Source of the DNA: Opitutus sp. GAS368
GTDB lineage: Bacteria; Verrucomicrobiota; Verrucomicrobiia; Chthoniobacterales; Chthoniobacteraceae
Assembly (NCBI GenBank): GCA_943329925.2
Contig: CALQFT020000002.1
Location: 33-64,032 of the forward strand
Direction: 5' to 3'
DNA length: 64,000 nt
Shown piece after piece: positions 38,565 to 47,441 of this stretch. A program made the translations under genes and the position numbers. The notes beneath the pieces are model-generated. The model ran no database searches, was not told where the DNA came from, and saw nothing but the letters and a program-made list of their open reading frames with translations. Position 1 is the stretch's first letter. Every line of letters begins with the position of its first letter.

Positions 38565-39448
38565 GAGCGGCCCGCGCCCTTTTTGATCAATGCTTCGCGG
38601 GCGGACTCCAATTGGGCGCGTTCGTCTGCGGTCAAGCTTGCCAGACCAGAGCGGCCTATCTTTTCGAGCAACGGATCCAGCCGATCCAAGTCGCTGATCT
38701 CCTCACTTGGTGGAAGGGAACGCAGCGGCGGGTACTTGGAATCGGGCTTCTGCAACGGCATTCGCGCGGGCACCGCCTCCAAGACTCGCAATTTGGCCCG
38801 GCGGGCCGGAAAATGTAGCTCGGGCAGGACCCAGTTGCCCTGCTGGTAGCGTACGAAACCGAAGGCGAAGGCTGCTGCGGAGAGAGAGTTAATCAAGTCG
38901 CCCCACGCATGAGCTGCGATGCAGGAAAGCATCTGGAGCCCCAGAAAAATAACGGCCGTCCATTTGGCCGAGACCCCGAAAAGCAAAGTCACGCTTGGGG
39001 CCATGGTGGCAAATGCGACAAAGAGCGCGAAAGTCCCAGGCAACCCCACCCAGTGCAGATCCCATTGAAACAAGGGCCCTAAAAGCGAGCCGACCAACGC
39101 GGGAGCGATCACCAAGCCGCCGCACAGCTTCAGGAATGAAATGCGCCCGAAGAAATTCTCCAATTCCCGCCCGAACCACCACAGCATCAACATGTCCAGC
39201 GCCAGTGACAGCCCCCGTCCCGGTGAGTTCCAAACTATGTAAGACCCCAAGCGCCAAAGTTCTCCCCGCCAGACTCCTGCGCTGGAAAACGCTAAAAGCG
39301 GCTCCCAACTCTGGTTGAACGCCAGCACCGTGGTGGTTACTAGCATCGAAAAAATGCACGCGCCCACCAGTGCCAAGGGCGCGTTGACGGGATGCCCAGC
39401 CACTTCAAACCAAGGGCCGCGGTCTTCGGATGAATGTCCACCAATCAT
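38561..39448 (-). CDS. rhomboid-like membrane protein, catalytic Ser apparently replaced (pseudoprotease?)
   Basis: Rhomboid landmarks ELWRL...ML.LWWFGRELENFFG and AAHAWGDL are present. The GxSG position reads GLPGT, and the HxxxN position reads LALDM. It has a soluble C-terminal tail. Confidence 0.65.
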   Translation of the reverse strand: MIGGHSSEDRGPWFEVAGHPVNAPLALVGACIFSMLVTTTVLAFNQSWEPLLAFSSAGVWRGELWRLGSYIVWNSPGRGLSLALDMLMLWWFGRELENFFGRISFLKLCGGLVIAPALVGSLLGPLFQWDLHWVGLPGTFALFVAFATMAPSVTLLFGVSAKWTAVIFLGLQMLSCIAAHAWGDLINSLSAAAFAFGFVRYQQGNWVLPELHFPARRAKLRVLEAVPARMPLQKPDSKYPPLRSLPPSEEISDLDRLDPLLEKIGRSGLASLTADERAQLESAREALIKKGAGRS

Positions 39449-39703
39449 ACAATGTTAAAGATAGCAGATGCCGAGCCATTTGCACTGGAGAAAAAGTGCA
39501 TAAAACAGCTCAAATTTAGTTTCCTGGTTGGCTTTCGCAATCTTCGGGCAGGAAACCTCTCCCGTGAGGCCACTCCTTCGCGCTGATTTCTGGCACCCGC
39601 AGTTATCCGCTTTTGATTTTAGCGTTTGTCTTTTATTTGAACGCCTGTAAATTGCTGGGCTCTTTTCCTCATTCTTTTCCTCATGTTTCGCGTTTCTACA
39701 GAG

Positions 39704-40648
39704 ATGAAAGTCCTCACAGGTTCGGCTCACCGCCAACTTGCTGAGAGGATCTGTGCCTATATCGGCGTACCGCTTGGAGACGCTACGGTGACTTCGTTCC
39801 CTGATGGAGAAACTTATGTGAAGGTCAATGAGAACATTCGCGGGCGCGATGTCTTCATTGTTCAGCCTACTTGCCCGCCGACGAACCAGAACCTGATGGA
39901 ACTGCTCATCATGGTCGATGCCGTGCGCCGTGCCAGTGCCGCACGCATTACCGCGGTGATTCCTTTTTTTGGCTATGCACGACAGGATCGCAAGGATCAG
40001 CCGCGGGTGCCGATTACCGCGAAGTTGATCGCCAATTTACTCACAGCCGCTGGTGTTAATCGGGTGCTCACCATGGACTTGCACGCACAGCAGGTGGCTG
40101 GATTCTTCGATATTCCCGTTGATCACCTTTATGCTGCACCCGTGATTGTGCGCAAACTTCAGTCCCGCGATTTTATAAATCCAGTGGTGGTTTCCCCCGA
40201 TGTAGGCGGCTTGAAAATGGCATCCGCTTATGCGGAGAACATGGGAGCGGGGCTTGCCATCGTAGCGAAACGTCGCAAGAGCGCGACGGAGACGGAGGCT
40301 ATGAACGTGATAGGTGAAGTCGACGGTCGCGATGTGATTATCGTGGACGATTTGACCGAAACGGCTGGGACTCTGGTGAGTGCCGCGCGGGCACTAAAGG
40401 AGCGCGGAGCTGGCCGGGTGATTGCCTGCGTGAGTCACGCGGTTATTTCTGATTTGGGCGCGGAACGCTTGCAGGCCAGTTCCATCCAAGAGCTTATCAC
40501 AACCAACAGCGTGCCCGTGCGGGACGTTGCGGGGTTCCAGATTACCTCCCTCTGTATCTCAGAACTTCTGGGGGAGGGAATTAAGCGGATTCACGACGAT
40601 GAATCCGTGAGTTCACTTTTCGAAATCAGCAAAAAGGAGAAAGTATAA
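39704..40648 (+). CDS. prs: ribose-phosphate pyrophosphokinase
   Basis: MKVLTGSAHRQLAERI...FPDGE...YARQDRK...DLHA.Q..GFF..PVD...VIIVDDL..TAGT. Confidence 0.95.
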   Translation: MKVLTGSAHRQLAERICAYIGVPLGDATVTSFPDGETYVKVNENIRGRDVFIVQPTCPPTNQNLMELLIMVDAVRRASAARITAVIPFFGYARQDRKDQPRVPITAKLIANLLTAAGVNRVLTMDLHAQQVAGFFDIPVDHLYAAPVIVRKLQSRDFINPVVVSPDVGGLKMASAYAENMGAGLAIVAKRRKSATETEAMNVIGEVDGRDVIIVDDLTETAGTLVSAARALKERGAGRVIACVSHAVISDLGAERLQASSIQELITTNSVPVRDVAGFQITSLCISELLGEGIKRIHDDESVSSLFEISKKEKV

Positions 40649-40654
40649 CATTCT

Positions 40655-41311
40655 ATGTCAAAGCAAATTAAACTCGCCGCACAGACCCGTTCCGGAGCCG
40701 GCCGCACTTCCGTCAAAAAACTCCGCGCAGCCGGCAAAGTCCCTGCGGTAATCTACGGGGCGACCACCCCCAGCGCAAATTTGCAGATTGGCGCCCGTGA
40801 CATCAATGAAGTCCTTTCCCACGCCACTGGGGAACAGATGCTGGTGGAGTTGGAGATCCATGACGGAAAGAAAACCACCAACACGCTGGCGCTGATTCAG
40901 GCGGTGCAGCATCATCCCGTGCGTTCCATCGTGTTGCATGTGGATTTTCACGCTGTTTCCGCTGACGAAAAACTGCACGCGCACGTCACGGTGGAAGCCG
41001 TTGGTGAAGCCGTTGGGGTGAAGACCTTTGGCGGGCGTATGGAATTGATGTTGCACACCATTGAAGTGGAGTGTCTGCCCAAGGATTTGCCCGAAATTAT
41101 CAGGCTGAATGTTGCCCACCTAAATGTTGGTGAAGCCATTCATCTTAGCGATGTTGTGCTTCCCGCCGGGGTTGCTTTCCGGGGCGACGGCGAGTTGACC
41201 GTGCTGCGTATCGCAGCCTCAACCGTCGCCACCGCCGAGGTCGCCGCTGAAGGACCTTCCCAGCCCGAAGTCATTCGCGAAAAGAAGGTGGTCGACGCAG
41301 AAAAGAAGTAG
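40655..41311 (+). CDS. rplY: 50S ribosomal protein L25/general stress protein Ctc
   Basis: LAAQTRSGAGRTSVKKLRAAGKVPAVIYG...VQHHPV....LHVDF, with a Ctc-type C-terminal extension. Confidence 0.9.
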   Translation: MSKQIKLAAQTRSGAGRTSVKKLRAAGKVPAVIYGATTPSANLQIGARDINEVLSHATGEQMLVELEIHDGKKTTNTLALIQAVQHHPVRSIVLHVDFHAVSADEKLHAHVTVEAVGEAVGVKTFGGRMELMLHTIEVECLPKDLPEIIRLNVAHLNVGEAIHLSDVVLPAGVAFRGDGELTVLRIAASTVATAEVAAEGPSQPEVIREKKVVDAEKK

Positions 41312-41329
41312 TCGTTTTGTTTTTAGTTC

Positions 41330-41370
41330 AAACGCCGTCCGCCAGCTTGGGGACGGCGTTTGTCGTGTCT
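41330..41370 (+). terminator. putative terminator after rplY
   Basis: An 11-bp stem AAACGCCGTCC / GGACGGCGTTT. The downstream T-tract is weak (TTTGTCGTGTCT). Confidence 0.5.
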
Positions 41371-41419
41371 GGAGTTTGGGTTTAAACGGGATTTATTGCA
41401 GCCAGTTCGAGGTGTTACT

Positions 41420-41980
41420 ATGCAGCAGTTACCCCGCTTTCGGTTAATTGTGGGGCTCGGAAACCCGGGCCGCGAATACGAGGACACGCGCCACAACGTC
41501 GGGTTCATGGTGTTGGATAGGCTGGCGATGGGGAAGGCGGAATGGCGAAGGGAGCGGGCATGGAAAACGTTGGTGGCCAAGGTGGGGGACGTTGTTCTGT
41601 GCAAGCCTCAGACGTTTATGAATTTGAGCGGTCAGGCGGCTGTGGCAGTTGCCGGATTTTATCAGGTCCCGCCCGAGTCAGTGCTGGTGGTTCTAGATGA
41701 TATGGCCTTGCCGCTGGGTCGGTTGCGTCTGCGCCCAGGCGGCTCTGCGGGGGGGCACAACGGCTTAAAGTCCTTGATGGAGCATTTTGGCACCCAGCAG
41801 TTGGCGCGGTTGCGTCTGGGGATTGGTGGCGCGGCAGAGGGGGAAGCTGTGGGCCACGTATTGGGGAAATTTCGAAAGGACGAAAAATCAGCGTTGGAGG
41901 AGATGCTGGAACGCAGCGAATCGGCTATTGTCACCGCGCAATGTGAGGGATTTGAGGCTGCGATGAATGCTTTTAATTGA
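41420..41980 (+). CDS. pth: peptidyl-tRNA hydrolase
   Basis: LIVGLGNPGREYEDTRHNVGF...VLDDMALPLGRLRLRPGGSAGGHNGLKS. ATG at 41420. Confidence 0.9.
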   Translation: MQQLPRFRLIVGLGNPGREYEDTRHNVGFMVLDRLAMGKAEWRRERAWKTLVAKVGDVVLCKPQTFMNLSGQAAVAVAGFYQVPPESVLVVLDDMALPLGRLRLRPGGSAGGHNGLKSLMEHFGTQQLARLRLGIGGAAEGEAVGHVLGKFRKDEKSALEEMLERSESAIVTAQCEGFEAAMNAFN

Positions 41981-42027
41981 CGGCGGCTCCGCTGGCACCC
42001 AAAGTGAGTGGCTAATTTTTATAAGTG

Positions 42028-42330
42028 ATGAAGAACCGATACGAAGGATTGTTGATTTTGAATGTTAAGGGCAGTGAAGATGGTGCCCGTGAGGTCATTG
42101 AGCGGCTGGAAGCCGACTTTAAAAAGGAAGGTCTTGCTGTGGAGCAGGTCCAGAAAATGGGACACCGCCAGTTTTCCTACGCAGCAGGTGACCTAAACGG
42201 CGGCTACTATGTGAATTTCGTGTTTGAGGCCGAGCCTGTGGTTCTTGCCAAAATCCAAGCCAAATTGAAGCTGGATGAGGCCATTTACCGGCAGCACTAT
42301 CTGCGCCTTGCGGGGAAGAAAGCCGCTTAA
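42028..42330 (+). CDS. rpsF: 30S ribosomal protein S6
   Basis: MKNRYEGLLIL.......E.......F...G..V......G.R.F.Y......G.Y....F, the S6 pattern. Confidence 0.9.
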   Translation: MKNRYEGLLILNVKGSEDGAREVIERLEADFKKEGLAVEQVQKMGHRQFSYAAGDLNGGYYVNFVFEAEPVVLAKIQAKLKLDEAIYRQHYLRLAGKKAA

Positions 42331-42388
42331 GCCAACGGCTAGAGCGACTCCCAGCAGCGATGCAGTCAAGCAGGAAGCAATTAAGAAC

Positions 42389-42415
42389 GGCGGCTATTGG
42401 CCGCCTTCTTTTTTG
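42389..42415 (+). terminator. Rho-independent terminator after rpsF
   Basis: Stem GGCGGC / GCCGCC with a 5-nt loop, followed by TTCTTTTTTG. Confidence 0.7.
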
Positions 42416-42458
42416 TCTGGGGCCTGTGTCTCAACCGCAGTAATCTTTCACTACTCTT

Positions 42459-42938
42459 ATGCCAAATCTAAACAAGGTGATGCTCATCGGGAATCTAACC
42501 CGGGATCCGGAAATTAAGTATACGCCCAAAGGGTCTGCCATCGCGGACATCGCTTTGGCGATCAATCGGAGCTACTCCACGGACCAAGGTGAGAAGCGTG
42601 AGGAAACTACTTTTGTAGACATCGTGCTGTACGGACGCTTGGCGGAAATCGCTGGAGAATATTTGCGCAAAGGCCGGCCCGCTTACATTGAAGGGCGTTT
42701 GAAGCTGGATACTTGGGATGACAAGCAGACGGGACAAAAGCGTTCCAAGATGCGCGTGGTGGGGGAGTCCCTTCAATTGCTGGGATCTCGGGAAGGTGGC
42801 GGCGGGGATGCTGAAGGCGGTGGAGGTGGACGTTCGTTTCAGCGGCCTACGGAGCGTTCAGAGGCGCCCAGTCGAGTCGGGGCGAACAAGCCTCATGACC
42901 CGGATTTGGATGGTGGGCATGACGACGTCCCGTTCTAG
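42459..42938 (+). CDS. ssb: single-stranded DNA-binding protein
   Basis: MPNLNKVMLIGNLTRDPE.KYTPKG.A.A......N....D..GEKRE.T.F, a Gly-rich linker and an acidic C-terminal tip DDVPF. Confidence 0.95.
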   Translation: MPNLNKVMLIGNLTRDPEIKYTPKGSAIADIALAINRSYSTDQGEKREETTFVDIVLYGRLAEIAGEYLRKGRPAYIEGRLKLDTWDDKQTGQKRSKMRVVGESLQLLGSREGGGGDAEGGGGGRSFQRPTERSEAPSRVGANKPHDPDLDGGHDDVPF

Positions 42939-42967
42939 GGGTTATTTCAAAGGTTTCTGCGGAAAAA

Positions 42968-43002
42968 GGGCGCGCCTCCAACGAGGTGCGCCTTTTTGCT
43001 TT
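42968..43002 (+). terminator. Rho-independent terminator after ssb
   Basis: Stem GGCGCGCC / GGTGCGCC (one G-U pair) with an 8-nt loop, followed by TTTTTGCTTTG. Confidence 0.7.
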
Positions 43003-43164
43003 GCGAACATCGGATGGCGGTTGCGTCGAGAGAGCTGGCGCTGTGGGCAAATATTGGGCGCATGGGGACAAATGTCGTCTTGACCTCTCAACTTTCTTTA
43101 TTTGTTATGGATAACTTATTTTAAGAGCTGCGTCTAAGACGGCTTATCTATTTGTCTGTTAATT

Positions 43165-45513
43165 ATGAATTCACGTATTATCCCCTCCCTCCTGTGTGTG
43201 GTGGCTGTGTCACCCTTGGCTTCACAAGTGGCTTTTGCGCAGAATAAAGCGCCAAATGTAGTCGAGATTGAAGTGCAGTTCGCGGGCGCCGCTACTGTTG
43301 CTAAAGATCGCTTGCTCGCCAATATGCGTACCCGGGTGGGGCAGCCTTATTCGGAGGCCGTGGTGGAGGAGGATATTCGCAATCTGTATTCGACGGGGAA
43401 TGTCGTGAACGTTCGTATCTTTGGGGAACCCAAGGGCGACGGAGTGAAGGTGATCGTGGTGCTGCAAGCGAAGGCTAAGATCACTTCCGTTGAAATTGAA
43501 GGTGCTCAACAGGTTAAATTAAGTCGGTTAAAGGAGAAAATTTCCGTCAAGGCGGGCGACGCTGGCAGCGAGGCTGCGATGGAGGCCGACCGTCAAAAGA
43601 TTCTGGAGTACTACGCATCCAAGGGGTTCACCGATGTGAAGGTGGAGTACAAGTTGGACCTCAACGATCGACTTGGCACGGCGAAGGTGATCTACAAAAT
43701 CACAGAAGGCACCAAGACCTCAATTGCTTCCGTGCGCTTCGAGGGTAATCAGAAAATTACGGCGAGTGAGCTCAAGGGCGTGGTAAAAACACGCAAATTC
43801 GTGCCACTTTGGAGTCCGATCGTGAAGACGGGGCGAGTTAGTCAGGAGCAACTGGGGGAAGATGTGGTCGCCATCCGCGAATACTATCAAAACCGAGGCT
43901 TTTCCGACGTGCAAATCGCCGAGCCGCGGCTGGATAAGCGTGACGGCAAGGTCTCTATTGTTTTTTCCATCGTTGAAGGTGCGCCTTACCGTGTTGGGAA
44001 AATTACGCTCCGAGGGGCGCAACTCTTCCCCAACGAGCAGCTTCTGGGTCTAACCAAGCTGCAATCAGGTGCGGTGTATGCGCCCTCGTCGGTGCAGGCG
44101 GACGTTAAGGCGATGCAGGACTTTTACGGAGCAAAGGGCTACGTGGATTTTCAAGCCGGGGTGCGCACCACTTCAGGCGGCGACCATATCAGCGATCTGA
44201 CCTATACGGTGGAAGAAGGCGGGCAGGCCCGCGTAGGTCGCGTGAATATCACCGGCAATACGCGCACCAAGGACAAGGTCATTCGTCGAGAACTGGCTCT
44301 CGCGCCTGGTGAAACGTTCAACACGGTTCGCATGGACGCGAGTAAGCAGCGTCTCAACAATCTAAACTACTTCTCCAAAGTTGATTTGTATCCTTCTGAG
44401 TCGGGCGCTGTGAACGAGCGTGACCTGAACGTCGTCCTCGAAGAAAAACGCACGGGTTCACTCAACTTTGGAGCAGGCTTCTCCTCGGTGGATAGCTTGT
44501 TGGGGTTCGTGGAGTTGACACAGGGCAATTTTGACGCCTCGAATTGGAATAACTTTACCGGCGGCGGTCAGAAGTTCCGCTCTCGCATCCAGTACGGGGC
44601 GAAGCGCAAGGATGCAGTGATTTCGCTCACGGAGCCGTATTTCTTAGATCAGAAACTCTCACTGGGCGGTGAAGTGTTTTATCACGATGCCTCCTATCTT
44701 TCTTCTTACTTTTCCCAGCAGGACGTGGGGTTCGAGTTGGTGGCCCGTAAGCCATTGACAGAATTTGCGTTCGCTCGTCTCGGGTATCGAGTGGACCAGA
44801 TGGGTATACACGACGTCTCAACTGGGGCACCCCTCGCTGCGACGATTCTCTCAAACAAGGAATTCCTCAAAAGTCAGGTTTTCACGGGGATTACTTACGA
44901 CACGAGAGATTCTTTGTTCTTAACTCGAAAAGGCGAGCGGTTGGACGCATCGACATTCGTGACAGGCGGGCCGATGGGCGGAGATATCCAAATCTATGGA
45001 TGGAACGTGGAGGGCTCCAAATACTTGCGATTCAAGTGGGATACCATTCTCACCTTGAATGCTCAAGCCGGCGTGGTGGATGGTTGGGGCAAGTCGAACC
45101 CGACTTTCGCCGACACCGAAGGCGTGCCCCTTTTCGACCGCCTCTTTTTGGGCGGGGCTAACGATTTGCGCGGCTTTAAGTATCGCACTGTGGGCGGGGC
45201 TGGCAAGATAGCAGAGGGTACGCCTGGGAGTAAGGAGCCGATCGGGGGCAAGACGTTGGCGCGTGCCACTGCGGAATACACAATGCCGATAGTCGACAAG
45301 GTGCGCGGCGCGGTTTTCTACGACGTGGGTTTTATCAACGGCGACGCTTACGACTTCTCCTCCTCGATGTATAACGCCGATGCGGGGATAGGGTTGCGCT
45401 TGGATCTTCCCATCGGCCCAGTGCGTATCGACTATGGTGTGCCAACCAAGAAAGACACGGACCTCGGCTCCAGTCGCGGTCGGTTCAACTTCAACGTCGG
45501 CTACCAGTTCTAG
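43165..45513 (+). CDS. bamA: outer membrane protein assembly factor BamA
   Basis: 782 aa. Signal peptide, repeated POTRA-like units (I..I.F.GN......L), an Omp85 barrel and a C-terminal ...FNFNVGYQF. Confidence 0.9.
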   Translation: MNSRIIPSLLCVVAVSPLASQVAFAQNKAPNVVEIEVQFAGAATVAKDRLLANMRTRVGQPYSEAVVEEDIRNLYSTGNVVNVRIFGEPKGDGVKVIVVLQAKAKITSVEIEGAQQVKLSRLKEKISVKAGDAGSEAAMEADRQKILEYYASKGFTDVKVEYKLDLNDRLGTAKVIYKITEGTKTSIASVRFEGNQKITASELKGVVKTRKFVPLWSPIVKTGRVSQEQLGEDVVAIREYYQNRGFSDVQIAEPRLDKRDGKVSIVFSIVEGAPYRVGKITLRGAQLFPNEQLLGLTKLQSGAVYAPSSVQADVKAMQDFYGAKGYVDFQAGVRTTSGGDHISDLTYTVEEGGQARVGRVNITGNTRTKDKVIRRELALAPGETFNTVRMDASKQRLNNLNYFSKVDLYPSESGAVNERDLNVVLEEKRTGSLNFGAGFSSVDSLLGFVELTQGNFDASNWNNFTGGGQKFRSRIQYGAKRKDAVISLTEPYFLDQKLSLGGEVFYHDASYLSSYFSQQDVGFELVARKPLTEFAFARLGYRVDQMGIHDVSTGAPLAATILSNKEFLKSQVFTGITYDTRDSLFLTRKGERLDASTFVTGGPMGGDIQIYGWNVEGSKYLRFKWDTILTLNAQAGVVDGWGKSNPTFADTEGVPLFDRLFLGGANDLRGFKYRTVGGAGKIAEGTPGSKEPIGGKTLARATAEYTMPIVDKVRGAVFYDVGFINGDAYDFSSSMYNADAGIGLRLDLPIGPVRIDYGVPTKKDTDLGSSRGRFNFNVGYQF

Positions 45514-45656
45514 TAGTCTGCTCAGCGCAAATAAAATCGAAACTTGTGAGTTGACGACTCTGACCTATCTTACACAAGCTCCGTAACCGTCGGTTTTCTT
45601 AGGCTGGTCCTTGGAATTCGACTGCACCCCATAAATTACCCCTTAGCTAATAAATC

Positions 45657-46244
45657 ATGAAATTAAATAATTTTGTTGCCCTCTTCGCACTCTCCTTCGG
45701 GATCGTGGCCGCCCCTATTTCCGCTCAAGCTGATATCAAGGTCGGAACCATCGACATGAAGGCCGTCTTTGATAATTACTACAAAACAAAGGACGCCGAA
45801 GCCAAGATCAACGAGTCCCGCACCCAAGCAAAGAAAGAGCTCGACGATCGTCTCGACACTTTCAATAAGGGTCAGGAACAGGCTCGCAAACTCAACGACG
45901 AAGCCAACAAGCCGGAACTTTCCGAAAAGGCTAAGGCCGAAAAGGTCAAGGCACTCAACGAAAAGCTTCAAGAACTGGGCGTCATGCAGCGCGAAGTGCA
46001 GGAGTTCCAACAGACTCGTGAGCGTCAGCTTTCCGAGCAGTCTGTGCGCTCCCGTAATTCACTCGTTGAAGAAATCAACAAGGTGATCAACGACGCAGTG
46101 AAGGCAGCCGGCTACGACCTCGTGTTCGACAAGTCTGGCCAGAGCCTCAACGCAGTGAACGTGTTGGTCCACTCCAAGGAATCTATGGATTTCACCAATG
46201 AAGTGGTGTCCAAGCTAAATTCTGAAGCTCCCAAGAAGAAGTAG
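45657..46244 (+). CDS. OmpH/Skp family periplasmic chaperone
   Basis: Signal peptide, IKVGTIDMKAVFDNYYKTKD and a Lys/Glu-rich coiled coil. It sits between bamA and lpxD. Confidence 0.8.
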   Translation: MKLNNFVALFALSFGIVAAPISAQADIKVGTIDMKAVFDNYYKTKDAEAKINESRTQAKKELDDRLDTFNKGQEQARKLNDEANKPELSEKAKAEKVKALNEKLQELGVMQREVQEFQQTRERQLSEQSVRSRNSLVEEINKVINDAVKAAGYDLVFDKSGQSLNAVNVLVHSKESMDFTNEVVSKLNSEAPKKK

Positions 46245-46252
46245 TTTTACTG

Positions 46253-47377
46253 ATGTCACAGACATCTCAAAACTTGTCTCTTTCAAAACTGGCCGCCCTG
46301 GTGGGCGGCCAGTTTCCTTTTGTAGGCAATACAGGGCAGACTCCCCACGCTCAGGGCGAGTTGCTCATCACTGGTGTCGCGGGGGCCTCCGAGGCCGGCC
46401 CGACGGATGTCACCTTTCTTGGGAATGGGAAGTATCTTCCCGCTCTGAAGCATTCCAACGCGGGCGTGGCTCTTGTTCCATTGGATTTTAATGAAACGGT
46501 TCCTCCGCTGCTCATCCGAGTGGAAAATCCTTCTCTAGAATTTGCCAAGCTGGTGGCGCACTTCGCGCCTAAACCAATCGAATGGAAGCCGAGCATTCAC
46601 CCCACTGCAGTGCTGGGAGAAGGTGTTATTTTAGGTGAGAACGTTTCCATTCAGCCGTACGCGGTACTTGAAGCGGGTGTGTGTGTGGGTACAGGCACGG
46701 TGATTGGTGCCCACAGCTACCTTGGTCACGGGGCTAAGCTGGGCGCGCATTGTTTTCTGCACCCGCGCGTCGTGGTTGGAGAGCGTTGCTTGGTGGGGGA
46801 CCGGGTTATTTTACACTCAGGAGTGGTTTTGGGTAGTGACGGTTTCGGTTTTGAAAACGTCAAAGGCCGGCACATTAAAATCGCGCAAGTCGGCATTGTG
46901 CAGGTGGACGATGATGTGGAAATTGGAGCAAACTCCACCGTGGATCGGGCGCGGTTTGGCCGCACTTGGATTCAGGAAGGCACCAAAATTGATAACCTTG
47001 TGCAGATAGCCCACAACGTGATTGTGGGGCGACATTCGCTCCTAGTAGCGCAGGCCGGTATTTCTGGCAGTACAAAGCTGGGTGAGCGGGTCACGCTTGC
47101 CGGTCAAGTTGGAGTGGTGGGGCATATCGAGATTGGCTCTGATGCGGTGGTCGGAGCGCAATCAGGCGTGAGCAAGAGCCTTGAGCCCGGCGCCTTGTAC
47201 ATGGGGACTCCGGCAGTGCCGGCGGCTGAATATCGCGAACAAGTGGCTTACCTTCGCCGCCTTCACAAATTGGTTGATCGTGTGGCAAAGCTCGAGCAGG
47301 TCCTCAAGTCGCAGCCACCGTCTGGGCGTCAAATAAAGCCCGCCGCTCCTCGGCCCAGCTCAGAGCGTGGAGAGTGA
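46253..47377 (+). CDS. lpxD: UDP-3-O-acylglucosamine N-acyltransferase
   Basis: LpxD N-terminal domain followed by a long run of hexapeptide repeats (IGANSTVDRA..G.T.I..GTKIDNLVQIAHNV.VG). It lies in the conserved bamA-skp-lpxD context. Confidence 0.9.
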   Translation: MSQTSQNLSLSKLAALVGGQFPFVGNTGQTPHAQGELLITGVAGASEAGPTDVTFLGNGKYLPALKHSNAGVALVPLDFNETVPPLLIRVENPSLEFAKLVAHFAPKPIEWKPSIHPTAVLGEGVILGENVSIQPYAVLEAGVCVGTGTVIGAHSYLGHGAKLGAHCFLHPRVVVGERCLVGDRVILHSGVVLGSDGFGFENVKGRHIKIAQVGIVQVDDDVEIGANSTVDRARFGRTWIQEGTKIDNLVQIAHNVIVGRHSLLVAQAGISGSTKLGERVTLAGQVGVVGHIEIGSDAVVGAQSGVSKSLEPGALYMGTPAVPAAEYREQVAYLRRLHKLVDRVAKLEQVLKSQPPSGRQIKPAAPRPSSERGE

Positions 47378-47441
47378 ACTTATACTTCGGCTTGGTCCCA
47401 ATGAGGTGGACCCGGATTTAGTTCAGGTAATTATTTGCGCC

